DNA of 64,000 bases. Origin: Cyanophora paradoxa CCMP329. Taxonomy: Eukaryota > Plantae > Glaucophyta. The notes beneath the pieces were generated by a model. It saw only the letters and a program-made list of their open reading frames with translations. It ran no database searches and was not told the DNA's origin. Every line of letters begins with the position of its first letter. Within the stretch, counting starts at the first letter, position 1. Shown here in pieces: positions 1 through 13,299 of the stretch. The position numbers and the translations under genes were made by a program. Location of the stretch: NCBI GenBank assembly GCA_004431415.1, contig QPMI01000534.1, positions 235,099-299,098 on the forward strand. The letters are read 5' to 3'.

Positions 1-2815
1 GCCGCAGCGAAGGCCAAGGCCCGCGCCGAGGCGGCGGCCGCGGCGAGCGACAAGGAGGCCAGCCCCGCAAACGGCGACGGCCCGACGCACCGGGCGGGCC
101 ACAGGACCTTCCGAGAGGCTGGAGCGCTTGCCCTCACGGCCCGCAAAGTGTCGCACTTCATCTGGCCCGAGAGCGGGTCGTGCGCACACTCCAAACCTCG
201 ATCGCTCATTCAGCGCGACCGACGTCGACGCGCTTGTACGTGCAGGTTGGGCCCGGCCGTCCTGCAAGACCCAGCCAAACCCCCCTTCCACGCCACCTGG
301 TCCGCCGCCCGCTGCTTTCACTCTCTCGTGCCCGAAGCTCTAGCTTTCTTACATTCGTGCAGGAGCGACTACTATGTCGTGTGTTTCTCTCTATCTCTTA
401 TCCTCGTTTCTCGTGGAGGCGCGCCGAACTCCTGCGCCCTCAGGTTATTGCGATGGCGAGCCTCTTCCTCGTGCAGCCCTCCGTCGCCGAGCGGGTGCGC
501 CCCGCCCCGTTGTTCTCCTGGATCGGAGCAACCGTCGCTCGATTATTCTCTTCCATTGTTCCCTTCAATCAGAGCAGCCGCTGAGCCGCTGACATGCACG
601 ACAGTCGCTCGACCTCTTCCGCTGCAAGTCGCTGGGCGGCGGCGGCCCCGGCGACGTCGCCCCGCGCTCCTTCGTCCGCGGCTCGATGAACATCGACTGC
701 TACTCTCCCGAACACGTCCAGTGGCTGGTGGGCGTCAGCTTGCCGGGTTCGATCAAGTTCTCGTTCGAGTTCCATTCTGTCGCTTACGAGGGCGAATTCG
801 AAGGCACCCTCCTCATTGTCGTGCTGGTGCCCGCTTTGTGGATCCGAATCCTGTGGCGCGGGCGCGGCGAGGGGCGCGAGGAGCCCCAGTACGTGCTCCG
901 GTCGGTCGACGTCCCCGGCCCGACCCTTCGGTGCGGCCGGCTCTAACGGCGCCCCATGGCCAGGTACTCGTGGCTCTACGACGGGTACCGCGACGGCGTC
1001 TACTGGTGGGAGATCGTCCAAGTGTACCGCAAGGTGCGGCGCTCGTGACGCGCGCTTCCGCGCCCCGAACGAACCTGATCGAGAGCGTCTCCCGTGGCCA
1101 GCTCTTCCTCGTGACGATCAACGTGTTCATGGCTGAGCAGCCACAGGCCCTAGGCCTCATCTCCCTCGCCTTCTTCATCCTCAGTGCGCGAAATTTAAAC
1201 CCGCTCGAAATCCTGCGGGCGAAACAGCTGACCACGAGCGAACCGCCGCCAGACGCCTGCGTCGACCTCTTCGTCCTACCGTTCAAAGACCGCCTCATAA
1301 ACGCTCTAAACTTCTTCTCCCTCGGTCCGCTGCTCGTGACGTTTGCCTTGGTTGGAAGCTGAACTAATCTTTCGCCGCTCAGGCGTCAACCTCTTCACCG
1401 GTCCGCCCCGCCCCCGTCGATCCCGCCCCTCCTCCTAACGCGCCGTCCCCAGTCTACTGTGGCCTAGGCTTCATCTCCAACACGATGAACAACGAGGCCG
1501 TGCGCCCTTCGCAATTAAATCCTCCCTCCAGACTGTCGTCCTAAAATTACAATAACATCCTTTGCAATTACATCCATTTTCCTAATTGTAACTGTCGTCT
1601 TACATCCCCGCCCGATTCTCCCTTTACAAGTACATCGCCCCTCCTAACTGTCTCACTCGACATCCTCGCCCGACTGGCCCCAAACTGTCGTCTTACGAAA
1701 ACAATAACATCCTTTGCAATCCACAATCCCAACTACAATTACATCTCCCCTCCGAACCGTCGTCTTACATCTTCGGAAGATGCTCGCGACGACGGTCGCC
1801 GTCTCGGTGGCCAACGTCTCTTTCTTCGTCTTCGCGGGCGTCGTCCTCTTCCGCGCCGTCTTCCTTCTCGTCTTCAAGACCCTCGTCCCCAAGGTGCGCA
1901 CGGGGCCCTGCACGATTGCGATTGCGCGCGGTTCGACGGACAGGGTCCAATTGCAACGGGAGCAGATCCCGTTCCTTCGCAAGCGGCTGCGGAAGCAGAG
2001 CGTCTACAAGCTGCTGCGGTACACGAGCCAGGCGCAGGGCCACATCAGCTCGGTCCTATCGCAGGTCCAGCACTCCAATAGGGTGCGCCCCTTCACACAG
2101 CACAACCTAGATTCCTCGGCTCAGTAGAACTCTCCTCAACCGAGCGCAGTCGGGGGCGGACGCGGGTCGGGCGCCGCCGGAGAAGCCGGCCGACGGCGAT
2201 GCGGCGCCGCGGCGGGGCGGCCTGGCGAAGAAGACAGCCTCGAAGGGGTCGAGAGCGCGGGTCGCCCTGCCCGGCGACGAAGGCTACGAGGAGGCCGGCC
2301 CCTCGTGGAGCGTGGACGTGCCTGCGCCGGATCCGGCGAGCGGGCCGGCCCCCGCCGGCGCCGCGAACCGCGTCGGGAGCTGGACGTCGACGGAGGCCGG
2401 GGAGGGCGACGTGTACGGGTCGTCGAGCTCGGCCGGCAGCGCGATCGTCCGCGCGCTCGCCCCCTCGGACCCGGAGGCCGTCACGTCGATCTGGGCCGCC
2501 CCCCTCGCGACGACGGAGGCGCAAGCCCTCAACCACGAACCAGTCGGCGCTGTGGAGCCCGAAGCCGAAGCCGAAGCCGAAGCCGAAGCCGTCGTCTCGG
2601 AGGCGCCGGACGCGAAGCCGGCGCCGACGGCCCGATCGGACGCTGGCGAGTGGGCGCCCGACCTCGCGACGCGCGTCTTCGCCCTCCACGAGAGCCTTCC
2701 CCTCGAGGCGGCGCCGGATCCGGAGGCCCCGCCTGCGCCTGCGCCTGCGCCGCCTCCGTTGGCCCCCGCGCATCGGCATTCTCTGGATGCAGTCATTCCG
2801 AGGGAGGACGCCTAG
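1..2815 (+). CDS. 3' part of multi-exon multi-pass membrane protein (protist TRP-like TM-domain family), 5' end outside window
   Basis: Spliced exons read LFRCK...MNIDCYSPEHVQWLVGVSLPG, YSWLYDGYRDGVYWWEIVQVYRK, LFLVTINVF, VLPFKDRLINALNFFSL and further TM helices, then an acidic/Pro-rich tail ending at TAG 2815. The Y..Y....WWE....RK and PF....N.L...SL motifs are typical of this family. Confidence 0.75.
1510..1775. repeat. Degenerate intronic tandem repeat (~155-bp dimer)
   Basis: ACTGTCGTCyTA...ACAATAACATCCTTTGCAAT at ~1532 and ~1685; sub-repeat GTCGTCTTACATC at ~1594 and ~1759. Confidence 0.7.
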
Positions 2816-3568
2816 TGCATGTTATAATCAGTCCTCTTTATTATTGCAAGGGTTGCTTGCTTCCCATCCCTTAGTATTGCTTCCCGCCGAGTTGTGCGAA
2901 TTATTGATGGGCCACCTGGCAACAAGACTTTTCTTTCATGTAACGGGCGAAAATTAATGTCGCGCACTTTCGCTGCTGCAGCTGGGTCGCCGGAAAATGC
3001 GCCCGCGCGCGCGCTCGAGAGGACTTTTCTGAAGATTCTAAGAGTCCTGCATACGAAAGCGAAATCCTGGCGCTCGCGTCTGGGATGCCCGCGTCTGCAG
3101 CTGCAGCCCGCTGAAGCAGAGGAACGGCGTATGCGTAGAAACTTGGCGACGCTGCTTTGGGCAGTTGCAGCAGATCTAGAAGGCTAGGATCTCCAGGCCG
3201 TCGACTGAATTTTGTGATTTCGCGCTCCTGCAGCTGCAGCTGGCTGGCCGGGCTGTGATCTCGAACAAATTCTCTCAAGTTGCTCAGGGACCTTCATGGT
3301 TCAATCATTGAAATGGTTAGATATTTTCGGTCTGTACCGTAGTACCTAGATCTAGATCTAGAGATGACCTTGCACATCCAAAGCTGTACTCTGTGGCCCG
3401 TGATATATATTTTTGAAGATCTGATATGATCATGGAACTGATCATGAGAAGCGATTGGAACTCGTATGCAATATTAATTGCGAGGGGCCCGGAGGGGCCG
3501 GACCTTCGAGAATATATAACGGCTGGTGGCGTATACGCCACTCAAGACTAAATATAAAACGTCCAGTT

Positions 3569-6500
3569 TCAACGGGGGCCCCGCAGCTGAGGCACGCGCG
3601 CGCCACCCTCGCGATCGCCCGTCCAGGCGACCCTGCGCACGCACACAGGCACGCGAAAAGCGTTAGCAATGCTCCGTTCGGATTCGTCAAATCGTGGGCG
3701 GAAATTATATTAGATTGGGCGCACGAGGGGCTTGGAGTGCGCCTGTTCGAATTCGGCGAAGGTTCCCGCTTGAGCGCTGCCGCCGCCTTGGGGCTCGGGC
3801 ACCGCTGCTGCCTGCGCACGCACGCCCGAGAAGCGTCAGTCGCATTGCTCTGAATTGGAGGCGCAGCGCACGCGCGCGCTGCAGCTGCGGGGACCGCGCG
3901 CATGCGCACATCGTCCCGTGGTCTCGGGGCGACAGTGAGGCGTGCGCGTGTGTCCCGAGGCCAGGCCCCGCGAGGGACGGGACCCTCGCCGCGAGCCGCC
4001 AGGCGCTGTCGGCCTCGTCGTACACTTCGACGCAGTCGGCTTCGGCGGCGCCGGCGCCAGCGGCCCCGGCCCCGAGCTCGGGCTCGGGCTCCTCCAGGGT
4101 CACTTCCACGCGCGGGGATTTCACTTGCATTGGGGCGCGGGCCCACTGGTCGCGCAGCTGCAGGCGGGACCCAGCTTGCGCGGGGCGCTCCGGGTCCCCT
4201 GCCAGAGCGCCGAGAGGTTGCTGGGGTCGTCTGCAGCGGCCGCGGAGAAACGCGTTGGCGACGCAAGCTTAAGTGCCTCACGCACGCGAATATACAGCAC
4301 GCACCGTTCTGATTCCGATATCGGCACCTGGCCGGGGTAGCTCGGCTCCTCTAGCTCAGGCCTAGGCGGGGACGCAGGTGCACGGGGCGAGACAGAGAAG
4401 GCCGTTCGCGTCGACCTCGGGCGCGCCGGGCTTGCAAGGGGTGGCAGCTCGATTGTCGGCTTCTGGTCCTTTCCACGAGCCGATTTCGCGGTGGGCGCCG
4501 AAAACGTCAGCGCTGACGTGGGCACTGCAGCTGGCAGCATTGGCGTGGGCAGCGGCGCCGCGGTCGAGCCCGGATCCAGCCCGGGAAGCTTGCCCCGACC
4601 CGTGGCCGGTCTCGCAGTCGGCTCCGACGGAGGCGGCGCAGCCGCATGCGCAGCGGGCGCCGGCGGCGCCGATGCCAACGGGGCTGCCTGCAGCTGCTTG
4701 TGCGCGTCAGCGTCGACGGACTCGGCCGCGCCCTTCGAGTCGCCGGCGCCGGCAGGTCCGGGCTCGCGATCGAGGGAAACTTCGACGCGCGGCGACGGCG
4801 AGGCGGACGACACGGGGTGGGCCCAGCGAAGGCTTTGTTTCCCCTGAGCTCGATCCGAGTCGATTGGGGGCGAGACGGGGAGAGGCAGCTGCAGGGTCGC
4901 GTGCAAAGCCGCCGCCGGCCGTGTCCGCTTTGCGCCGACGCCGAGGACGCTGTTGGGGGCCTCGGCCTCGCCTTCGCCGGGGAGCGCGTGAGGCTCGGCA
5001 ATGGAGCCCTTCCGGCGGCGGGCGGCCCTCCTTCGGCGGACGACGACGGCGACGATGACGGCGGCAACCAGCGCTGCTCCGCCGCCCGCCGCGCCGGCGA
5101 CTACCACGATCGGGAGACCGCCGGATCCCGACTCTGGTGCCTGCGTGGGATTCGACCCGGCGCCTGCATCCGCTGCGGGCGGCGCGGGCGCCGCCGTCGC
5201 TGCCGGCTTGACGGCGAGCTGGACGACGGGGGCGCCGCCCTCGGCGAGGCTCTGCGCGACGACGGGCGCCGCCAGAGCCGTTTCGATGCGCTTCAGCTCC
5301 GCCGCCGTCGACGCGGCGCCGGCCGACTGCACCTCCGCCGAGGCGCGAGCGACGAAGTCCGCCAGCACGCGGTCGCCACCCGCGGCGGCCGCGAGGCGGC
5401 GGGCGCGGGAGGCGGCGGCGACGCAGCGGATGCTTGTGAAGCGGACTTGGCCGGATTCGAGGCCGAGCGCCTCGGTCAGCGTCTGCGCCATCCTTTTCGC
5501 CATCGATCCCTGCGCAGAGAAACGCTCAGTGATGTTCTCTCTGGCGTAAGCAGTATCATAATATATTGGTCTGGAATCGGAAGCTTATATATGTAAATAG
5601 AGTTATAAGAGGGTGGGGATTGACGCACTGAGATGCTAGTGCAAGGCAGGTCGAAAGTAATCGTGAAGGCGACAGCGCTCGGAGGTGCATCGGCCTTCGC
5701 GCCAGAATTCGTGTTGGAGCTGCCTTTGCCGTTGGAGTTGGAGTTGGAGTTGGCGTTCGAATTCGAGTTTGTGTTCGAGTTCGAGTTGCCATTCGAGCTA
5801 GGCGTCGAGCTGGACTCGGCCTCTGGCTCGACGAGGTCCGCCAGCTCGGTGTCCGAGAAGAGCAGCGCCAGGCTGATCTCAACCGCCGCCGACGTCGAGT
5901 TGCCTGTTGCCAAAATGAGGACTTAGTTAGCCATCGCTTGGAAGCTTTGGGTATGGGTTGCACACCGGAAAGAGATAGCGATGCAGTGCGGGCGATAATA
6001 CTCTCGACGAGGAAAGAATTCGACAGGCCGACCCAGCCCTGTCGCACCGCCACACCGTACGTTGCGCCGGGCCGCAGACCCGTCGCGTTGTGGGCGGGGC
6101 CGGCGAGGCCGCCCCACGCGAGCCGTGCGCCGCCACCCGACGTGACGGCGACCTCGAAGCGCGACTCGGCCCAGCCGGCCCCGAAGACGAGCGCCAGCGC
6201 CTCGGAGCCCGACGCGGGGCGCGCGCCCGTGAACGCTCCCGCGCTGAACGTGAACGACTCTGCGCGCGCCAAATGGGTTCTCTGATCAGCGGGAGCGAAA
6301 CCACGAAACACATTTTCGCGCACCCCAAACGACGTAAAGCCAATCGGCCCCGACTTTGCTGGCGCGGACCTCGTATGACGTGTCGATGGTCCGCGCTTCC
6401 GTCACTGCGCAATCGAAAAGGTCGGCGTTTGTAAAGTAGGAGCCAAGCGCAACCAGGCGCCACTCACGCGGGAACTCCATAACAGTGGACGGAAGGACCC

Positions 6501-9500
6501 CTGCCTTGGGATCGCGCCCAACGCCTCCGCCAAACGACTCGGCGACCACGTGGACGGTGTAGAGAACGCCAGCGTTGATGCCGGTAGCGTCCGAGAGGGT
6601 CAGGCGGAACGTGGGCGAGCCGTACGTCCAGAGCGGCTTTGACAGCCATTGCGCAGCGGCGGCTGCAGGGGAGGACGCGCCGCCCGTCGTGAAGAGCCCA
6701 ACGACGAACGCCGGACAGCGGCTCGGAGGCTCGGCAACAACGGGGCTCCACGTAAATTCGACCTCATCGATCCCGACGAGGCGCGCTTGGAGGGAGGCTG
6801 GCAAGGCTCCGCATTCTGCCGCGCACGTCGGGATCGGCGCGCACAAAAACAAATGAAAGCGAACGATATTTACATACCGAGCTCGAGGATCGCAGGAGAA
6901 GGCGTGGCCGTCGGAGGCGGAGCCTGCACGACGACGGGAGGCGGGGCGGACGGAGAGGGTGTTGGAGACAGAGAGGCGGTGGGTGCCGGGCTCGGGCTCG
7001 CTGAAGGCGACGGGCTCGGGCTCGGGCTCGCTGTCGGCGACGGGGACGGGCTTGGGCTCGCCGATGGCGACGGGCTCGGGCTCGGGCTCGCCGTCGGCGA
7101 CGGGGACGGGCTTGGGCTCGCCGATGGCGACAGGCTCGGGCTCGGGCTCGCCTTTGCCGATGGCGATGGGCTCGGGCTCGGGCTCGCCGTTGCTGACGGC
7201 GACGGGGACGGGCTCGTCGATGGCGACGGGCTCGGGCTCGCTGTCGGCGACGGGCTCGGGCTCGGGATCGCTGCAGCTGTCGGCGAAGGGGACGGGCTTG
7301 GGGTCGCCGATGGTGACGGCGATGGGCTCGGGATCAACGATGGAGACGGGGACGGGCTTGGGCTCGCCGTTGCCAACGGCGACGGGGACGGGCTCGGGCT
7401 CGCAACCGCTGACGGCGACGGGAGCGGGCTCGGGCTCGCTGTTTCTGATGGCGACGGGCTAGGGCTTGCCGATGGCGACGGGCTAGGGCTCGGGCTCGCC
7501 ACCGCTGACGGCGACGGCGACGGGGTCGGGCTCGTCGCCTCTGACAGCGACGGGGACGGGCTCGGGCTCGCCGCCTCTGACGGCAACGGCGACGGGCTCG
7601 GGCTCGCCGCCTCTGACGGCGACGGGGACGGGCTCGGGCTCGCTGTTGCCGACGGCGACGGGCTCGGGCTCGCCGATGGCGACGGGCTGGGGCTCGGGCT
7701 CGCCGCCTCTAGATCTGACGGCGACGGGGACGGGCTTGGGCTCGCCGTTGCCAACGGCGACGGGGACGGGCTCGGGCTCGCAACCGCTGACGGCGACGGG
7801 AGCGGGCTCGGGCTCGCTGTTTCTGATGGCGACGGGCAAGGGCTTGCCGATGGCGACGGGCTAGGGCTCAGGCTCGCCGCCTCTGACGGCGACGGCGACG
7901 GGCTCGGGCTCGTCACCTCTGACGGCGACGGGGACGGGCTCGGGCTCGCCGCCTCTGACGGCGACGGGGACGGGCTCGGGCTCGCCGCCTCTGACGGCGA
8001 CGGCGACGGGCTCGGGCTCGCCGCCTCTGACGGCAACGGCGACGGGCTCGGGCTCGCTGTCGCTGAGAGCAACAGGGTCGGGCTCGGGCTCGCCGCCTCT
8101 GACGGCGACGGGGACGGGCTCGGGCTCGCCGCCTCTGACGGCGACGGGGACGGGCTCGGGCTCGCCGCCTCTGACGGCAACGGCGACGGGCTCGGGCTCG
8201 CTGTCGCTGAGAGCAACGGGGGCGGGCTCGGGCTCGCCGCCTCTGATGGCGACGGGGACGGGCTCGGGCTCGCCGCCTCTGACGGCGACGGGGACGGGCT
8301 CGGGCTCGCCGCCTCTGACGGCAACGGCGACGGGCTCGGGCTCGCTGTCGGTGAGAGCAACGGGGGCGGGCTCGGGCTCGCCGCCTCTGATGGCGACGGG
8401 GACGGGCTCGGGCTCGCCGCCTCTGACGGCGACGGGGGCTCGGACGAAGGAGAAGGGCTCGCTGTCGCTGATAGCGATGCCGATGGAATCGGGCTCGGGC
8501 TTGGGCTCGCCGACGGCGACGGGGACGGGGACGGCGCGCTGGAGAGAGACGGCGAGGGGCTCGCAGTCGCTGACGGCGATGGCGCCGGGCTCGCGCTCGC
8601 AGTCGGCGAGGCCGACGGCGACGCCGTCGGCGAAGGAGAGATCGCCAGCAGTGGAGCCGTTTCTGCCTCTGCATCAAATAAGGGTCAGACAAGCGCGTGA
8701 CGTTGCCAGCGCGTGCGCCTCTGCAGCGCGGCAGCGGTGGTCGCACCGTAAAAGCCCAATTCTTGGTACAGCGCCACCGGCCCCACGAACGCCCGCACCG
8801 CCCCGCCGCTCGCGTTCGCCCCCGCCGCCGGCCAGAACGTGATCCCGACGCCCCCGACGCCCGCCACGCCGGAGGGCGCACCCCCGGGCCCCGCCGCCAG
8901 CTGCGCCGTCCCGTTCACGCCGCTCACCAGCACCGACGCCAGCGCCACTCCGACCGCCCGCCCCATCGACCGCGGGTACAACGCTGCACAACAATGCGTC
9001 AGTGCACCGCGCGCGCGCGCTCAGATGCAGGAGGGGGGCGGGCGCACTGCAGCGGACCGGCCCGCCGGCCGCCTGCAGCCGCGACCCGCAGTCGAGCTGC
9101 GACGTCGCGTCCGGAGTACCTGCCGGCGGCCGAGCCCCCGATCAGACACCCGCACAACCCGCGAGGCGCGGGCGGCCGATTGCACCGACGATGTCGACGT
9201 CGAGCGGGCGGCCCACGACGCGCCCCGTCGCCGTTCGGTACGCGCGCAGCTGGGCCCGGCCGAGCACGCCCGTCACCGGCACCGAGAACGCGAATGAAGA
9301 TGCGCTCGCCCCCGACAGGAACACCGTTCGGCTCGTCTCCCCGCTCGTCAACTGCACCGTGAACCTGCGCGCCCGTCGCGATCGATTGGCCGCGACGCGC
9401 GGCCCGGGAAGCGCGGGGCGGCTCAGCGGCTCACGCGGCGGCCTCGACGGCGAGGGCGGCGTTGCGGCGCCGCGGGCTGAAGGTGCAGTCGAGGGCGCCG

Positions 9501-9817
9501 TCGGCGGGTGCCCAGGCCCGTGCGCATTCCAACAGCGACGAGCCGTCCGCCTGCGCCGCCGACGGGCCGAGCTCCAGCGCGAGAGAGGTCCAAAGCGTGC
9601 ACGAGTAAAGGTCCTTCGGATCGGACGCCTGCGCCAACATTGGTCACCCCAGAGGTTGACATATTCAAAGCTTGCAAGAGCCTTTGCGCACGTTTGCACA
9701 CGGGTGAAGCGGCGGGGCCGGCGTCGGCGACGGCGAAGGGGTGTACGACGGCGAGGGGCTCGCGGAGGGGGAAGGCGCTCGCGACGGGGTGACGGAGGGC
9801 GAGGGGCTCGGGCTCGC

Positions 9818-9854
<37 letters not shown>

Positions 9855-11455
9855 CGCATGCTTGGCGAAGGGGACGGCGACGGCGACGGGCTTGCAGACG
9901 GACTCGCCGACGGTGACGGCCGCAGGCTCGCTGATGGCGAAGGGGACGGGCTCGGGCTCGCCGATGGCGAAGGGCTCGGGCTCGGGCTCGCCGACGGGCT
10001 CGGGCTCGGGCTCAGGCTAGCCGAGGGCGACGGCGATCGCGATGGGCTCGGGCTTGCCGACGGCGATGGCGATGGCGACGGGGACGGGGACGGCGTGCTG
10101 GAGGGCGACGGCGAGGGGCTCGCTGTCGCTGACGGCGATGGAAACGGGCTTGCGCTCGCGCTCGCAGTCGGCGAGGGCGATGGTGACGGCGACGGCGACG
10201 CTGTCGGTGAAAGAGCGATCGCCAGCAGCGGAGCCGCTTCGACCTCTACATCAACCCAAGCGTCAGAACAGCGCGTGACGTTGCCTACGCATGATGGAAA
10301 TGGTATGCAGCGCGGCGGCGGCGATCGCACCGTAAAAGCCCAATTCTTGGTACAGCGCCACCGGCCCCACGAACGCCCGCACCGCCCCGCCGCTCGCGTT
10401 CGCCCCCGCCGCCGGCCAGAACGTGATCCCGACGCCTCCGACGCCCGCCACGCCCGAGGGCGCGCCCCCGGGCCCCGCCGCCAGCTGCGCCGTCCCGTTC
10501 ACGCCTCTCACCAGCACCGACGCCAGCGCCACTCCGACCGCCCGCCCCCTCGACCGCGGGTACAACGCTGCACAACAATGCGTCAGTGCACCGCGCGCGC
10601 GCGCTCAGATGCAGGAGGGGGGCGGGCGCACTGCAGCGGACCGGCCCGCCCACCGCCTGCAGCCGCACCCCGCAGTCGAGCTGCGACGTCGCGTCCGGAG
10701 TACCTGCCGGCGGCCGAGCCCCCGATCAGACACGCGCACGCCCCGCGCGGCCCAGGCGGGCTCCATGCCAGTCGCACCGACGATGTCAACGTCGAGCGGG
10801 CGGCCCACGACGCGACCCGTCGCCGTTCGGTACGCGCGCAGCTGCGCCCGGCCGAGCACGCCCGCCACCGGCACCGAGAACGCGAACGACGACGCGCTCG
10901 CCCCCGACAGGAACACCGTCCGGCTCGCCTCGCCGCTCGTCAGCTGCACCGCGAACCTGCGCGCCCGTTTGTCGCCCGCGAGGCGCGGCCCGGGAAGCGT
11001 GGGGCGGCCAGCGCTCACGCAGCGGCCTCGACGGCGAGGGCGGCGTTGCGGCGCCGCGGGCTGAAGGTGCAGTCGAGGGCGCCGTCGGCGGGGGCCCAGG
11101 CCCGCAAGCATTCTAACAGCGATGTGTCGTCCGCCTGCGCCGCCGACGGGCCGAGCTCCAGCGCGAGGGAGCCCCACAGAGCGCCCGAGTAGGCATCGCT
11201 TCCCGTAGTGGCTGTCTGCAGGACTCTCCGAGCGCCGCCCGTCGCCTCGGCGCGCGCGTGCGCTTCGTAGTCAGCGCTTCCATATGCACTGCCAGCGCCA
11301 TCAAGCACGACTTCCGCTGTGCGAGAGGGGTCACAAAAGTCATCGCGAACGTTTAACACGCCTATAGCTAGGATCGGCGCACCGTTGACGCATCTGCCGC
11401 ACATCAGCATGAACATGACGGTGAGGCAAATCGCCAGGCGCGCCATATGCATCAT
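3569..11455 (-). CDS. Large modular type-I cell-surface glycoprotein/receptor, copy A (2 double-Ig-like modules, Ser-Pro stalks, FN3-like x2, SEA-like, TM, cytoplasmic tail)
   Basis: Signal peptide MMHMARLAICLTVMFMLMCGRCVN at 11455; repeated exons [25 protein letters not shown] and [10 protein letters not shown]...CTLYPRS; (SP)n tracts at ~6900-8630 and ~9710-10210; FN3-like VEFTWSP...[13 protein letters not shown]; RARRL motif; TM GLPIVVVAGAAGGGAALVAAVIVAVVV followed by RRRR. The 3' end is approximate. Confidence 0.75.
6960..8630 (-). repeat. Coding tandem repeat encoding ([12 protein letters not shown])n-like stalk
   Basis: ~36-bp unit GGGCTCGGGCTCGCCGCCTCTGACGGCGACGGGGAC repeated with variants. 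Confidence 0.9.
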
Positions 11456-13299
11456 CCAGCGCACTGCGCATGCACAGCTCCAACGCGGCCGCGGCCGCTC
11501 GACTCGCGCGGCAATTGCAAGTCGCGCCAGATGCATCGGATGGCCGCGGCGGCCGGCAGTTGCGCAGCTCCTTCTGAGTCAGGGAAGCATGCGCATCAGG
11601 CTACACTAGTATAGCTAGCTTAACTAGTACTAGTAACGTTGCTGCTGCCGCAGTGCTATCTATAAACTATTTAGCTAGCAGATTGCAGTCTAGGTACCGG
11701 TATGTACGTATACGTAGCAGCCGCTGCAGCTGAGCACTGATCATGATTCATGAAGTGCGCGCTCAGTGAGAACAGTGAGCAGTGAGCATGCGCATGCGCG
11801 GGCCACGTGCACGCGGCACTGCGGCAGTGCTAGAAGATCGGCCGCAGCCCGCAGCTGCAGCCTGGCAGGCCCGCAGCTGCAGAATGCCAGAATCCGATGA
11901 TCGGCGCATGCGCAGATCGGCCGCCGCCGCGCCGGCCCGCCGGGCTGCTCCTCATGCTCGCGATCGGATATCGCGATACCCCGGTCACGTGGTTTTCTAT
12001 TCATGCAGATTTTGCAAGCTGGCTCAGATTTATGAATCGGGGGTAGGATCAATTATTAATATTGTAAATTACACTGTAAATTGGCTGAGAATTTGGCTCT
12101 TTGTCTTAATTGTCTTTCTTCGTGCTCTTGATCCCCTTCAAGGACCCCTTGTCACCCTTGATTGCTTGTGCAACTAGCTATAGTTGTGCAGCTCAAGCTA
12201 ACGTATAACGCTTGTTATATGTCGTCTTCTATTTATGTGTTTATTAATAAGTAGTTGTGATTTTGTCGTCTTTCCGAAGTTCGAATTCGAGAGGGGGGGG
12301 GGGGGGGGGGGGGGCCGTGAGGCCCCCGGCGCGCGGCCCCCGCGGTTCGCTATTGATCAGTCGGCCGGGCCCGTGCCGCACGGTGCCGGGGCCGCGGCCC
12401 GCGGCCCGCGGGCCCCCGCGCCGCTCGAGGCCCAGGGACAATTGGGGGGCTGATTTTGTAATATTCAAATCATTGAATGATGAATAATAGGCTATTATTA
12501 GCTACGGGCATCGACAGGCTTCGAATTCCCGGCCCGTCGGCGGGGGTTAACGTCCCGAAGCCTTTTTGAAGTTCGCCCTGCCTGTCGGAATATTAATACT
12601 GGCACTATCATGATCAAATTACTGTCAAATTCGGCCGCGCCTGGCACCGGGCCGGGCCGGCCGACGGGACTCGCGAATACTAATCGCCGAGAGATCGCTG
12701 AGAGATCTAGAGAGAGAGAGAGAGAGAGTCAAGTCGCGAATCTACTCGTAGATCTCGCAAATTGCGATCGATATCAGCCCTAGGCCTCGGGCCTCGGGCC
12801 TTCATACTTATATATAATTAGGCCCTCCGAGCTCGTGCCAGAGGTCAGGTCATGACGTCAGGGCGGCCTTACCCCCCCGCCCCCCCCTTCCCCTCCCCAA
12901 GGCTTATAATTACGCTTTCCTTTGTAATCTGGCCCGGGCCGGCCCCCGGGCCGGCCTCTACATCGCGGCCCATGAGCCTAGGGCCCAGGCTCCGAGGCTC
13001 CCGCCAGCGGGCGAGTAGCCTATAGCACACTGATTCTTGAAAAGCTGGCGCCAGCTAACTCAGAGAAAACTAGAATATATAAAAGCTACTAAGTGACCGC
13101 AGATTGACCGCAGGTGCTACGTATACTATGTATAAGCCTTGAGGCTGGATGTGATCATGACTGGATAGGGCTGGATGATACGTGGTACGACCCACGTGCA
13201 CGTGCACGCCAAAGGATGCTCCGATGCTCCGAGGCTCTGAACTAAAATAGATCTAGACCTATAGCTAACTACAATGTTAAAGACTTCGCAAGCTGTAGG

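Noticed and set aside
6649-8700. Long + strand ORFs rich in GDGDGLGL (also 9741-11192 and minus 23749-25089) resembling RTX/collagen-like repeats
   Set aside because: They are antisense shadows of the (Ser-Pro)n exons; signal peptide, splice sites and TM are on the opposite strand.
12101-12114. 14-bp inverted match (GACAATTAAGACAA) to 59910-59923
   Set aside because: An isolated 14-mer match is expected by chance in 64 kb and does not extend.
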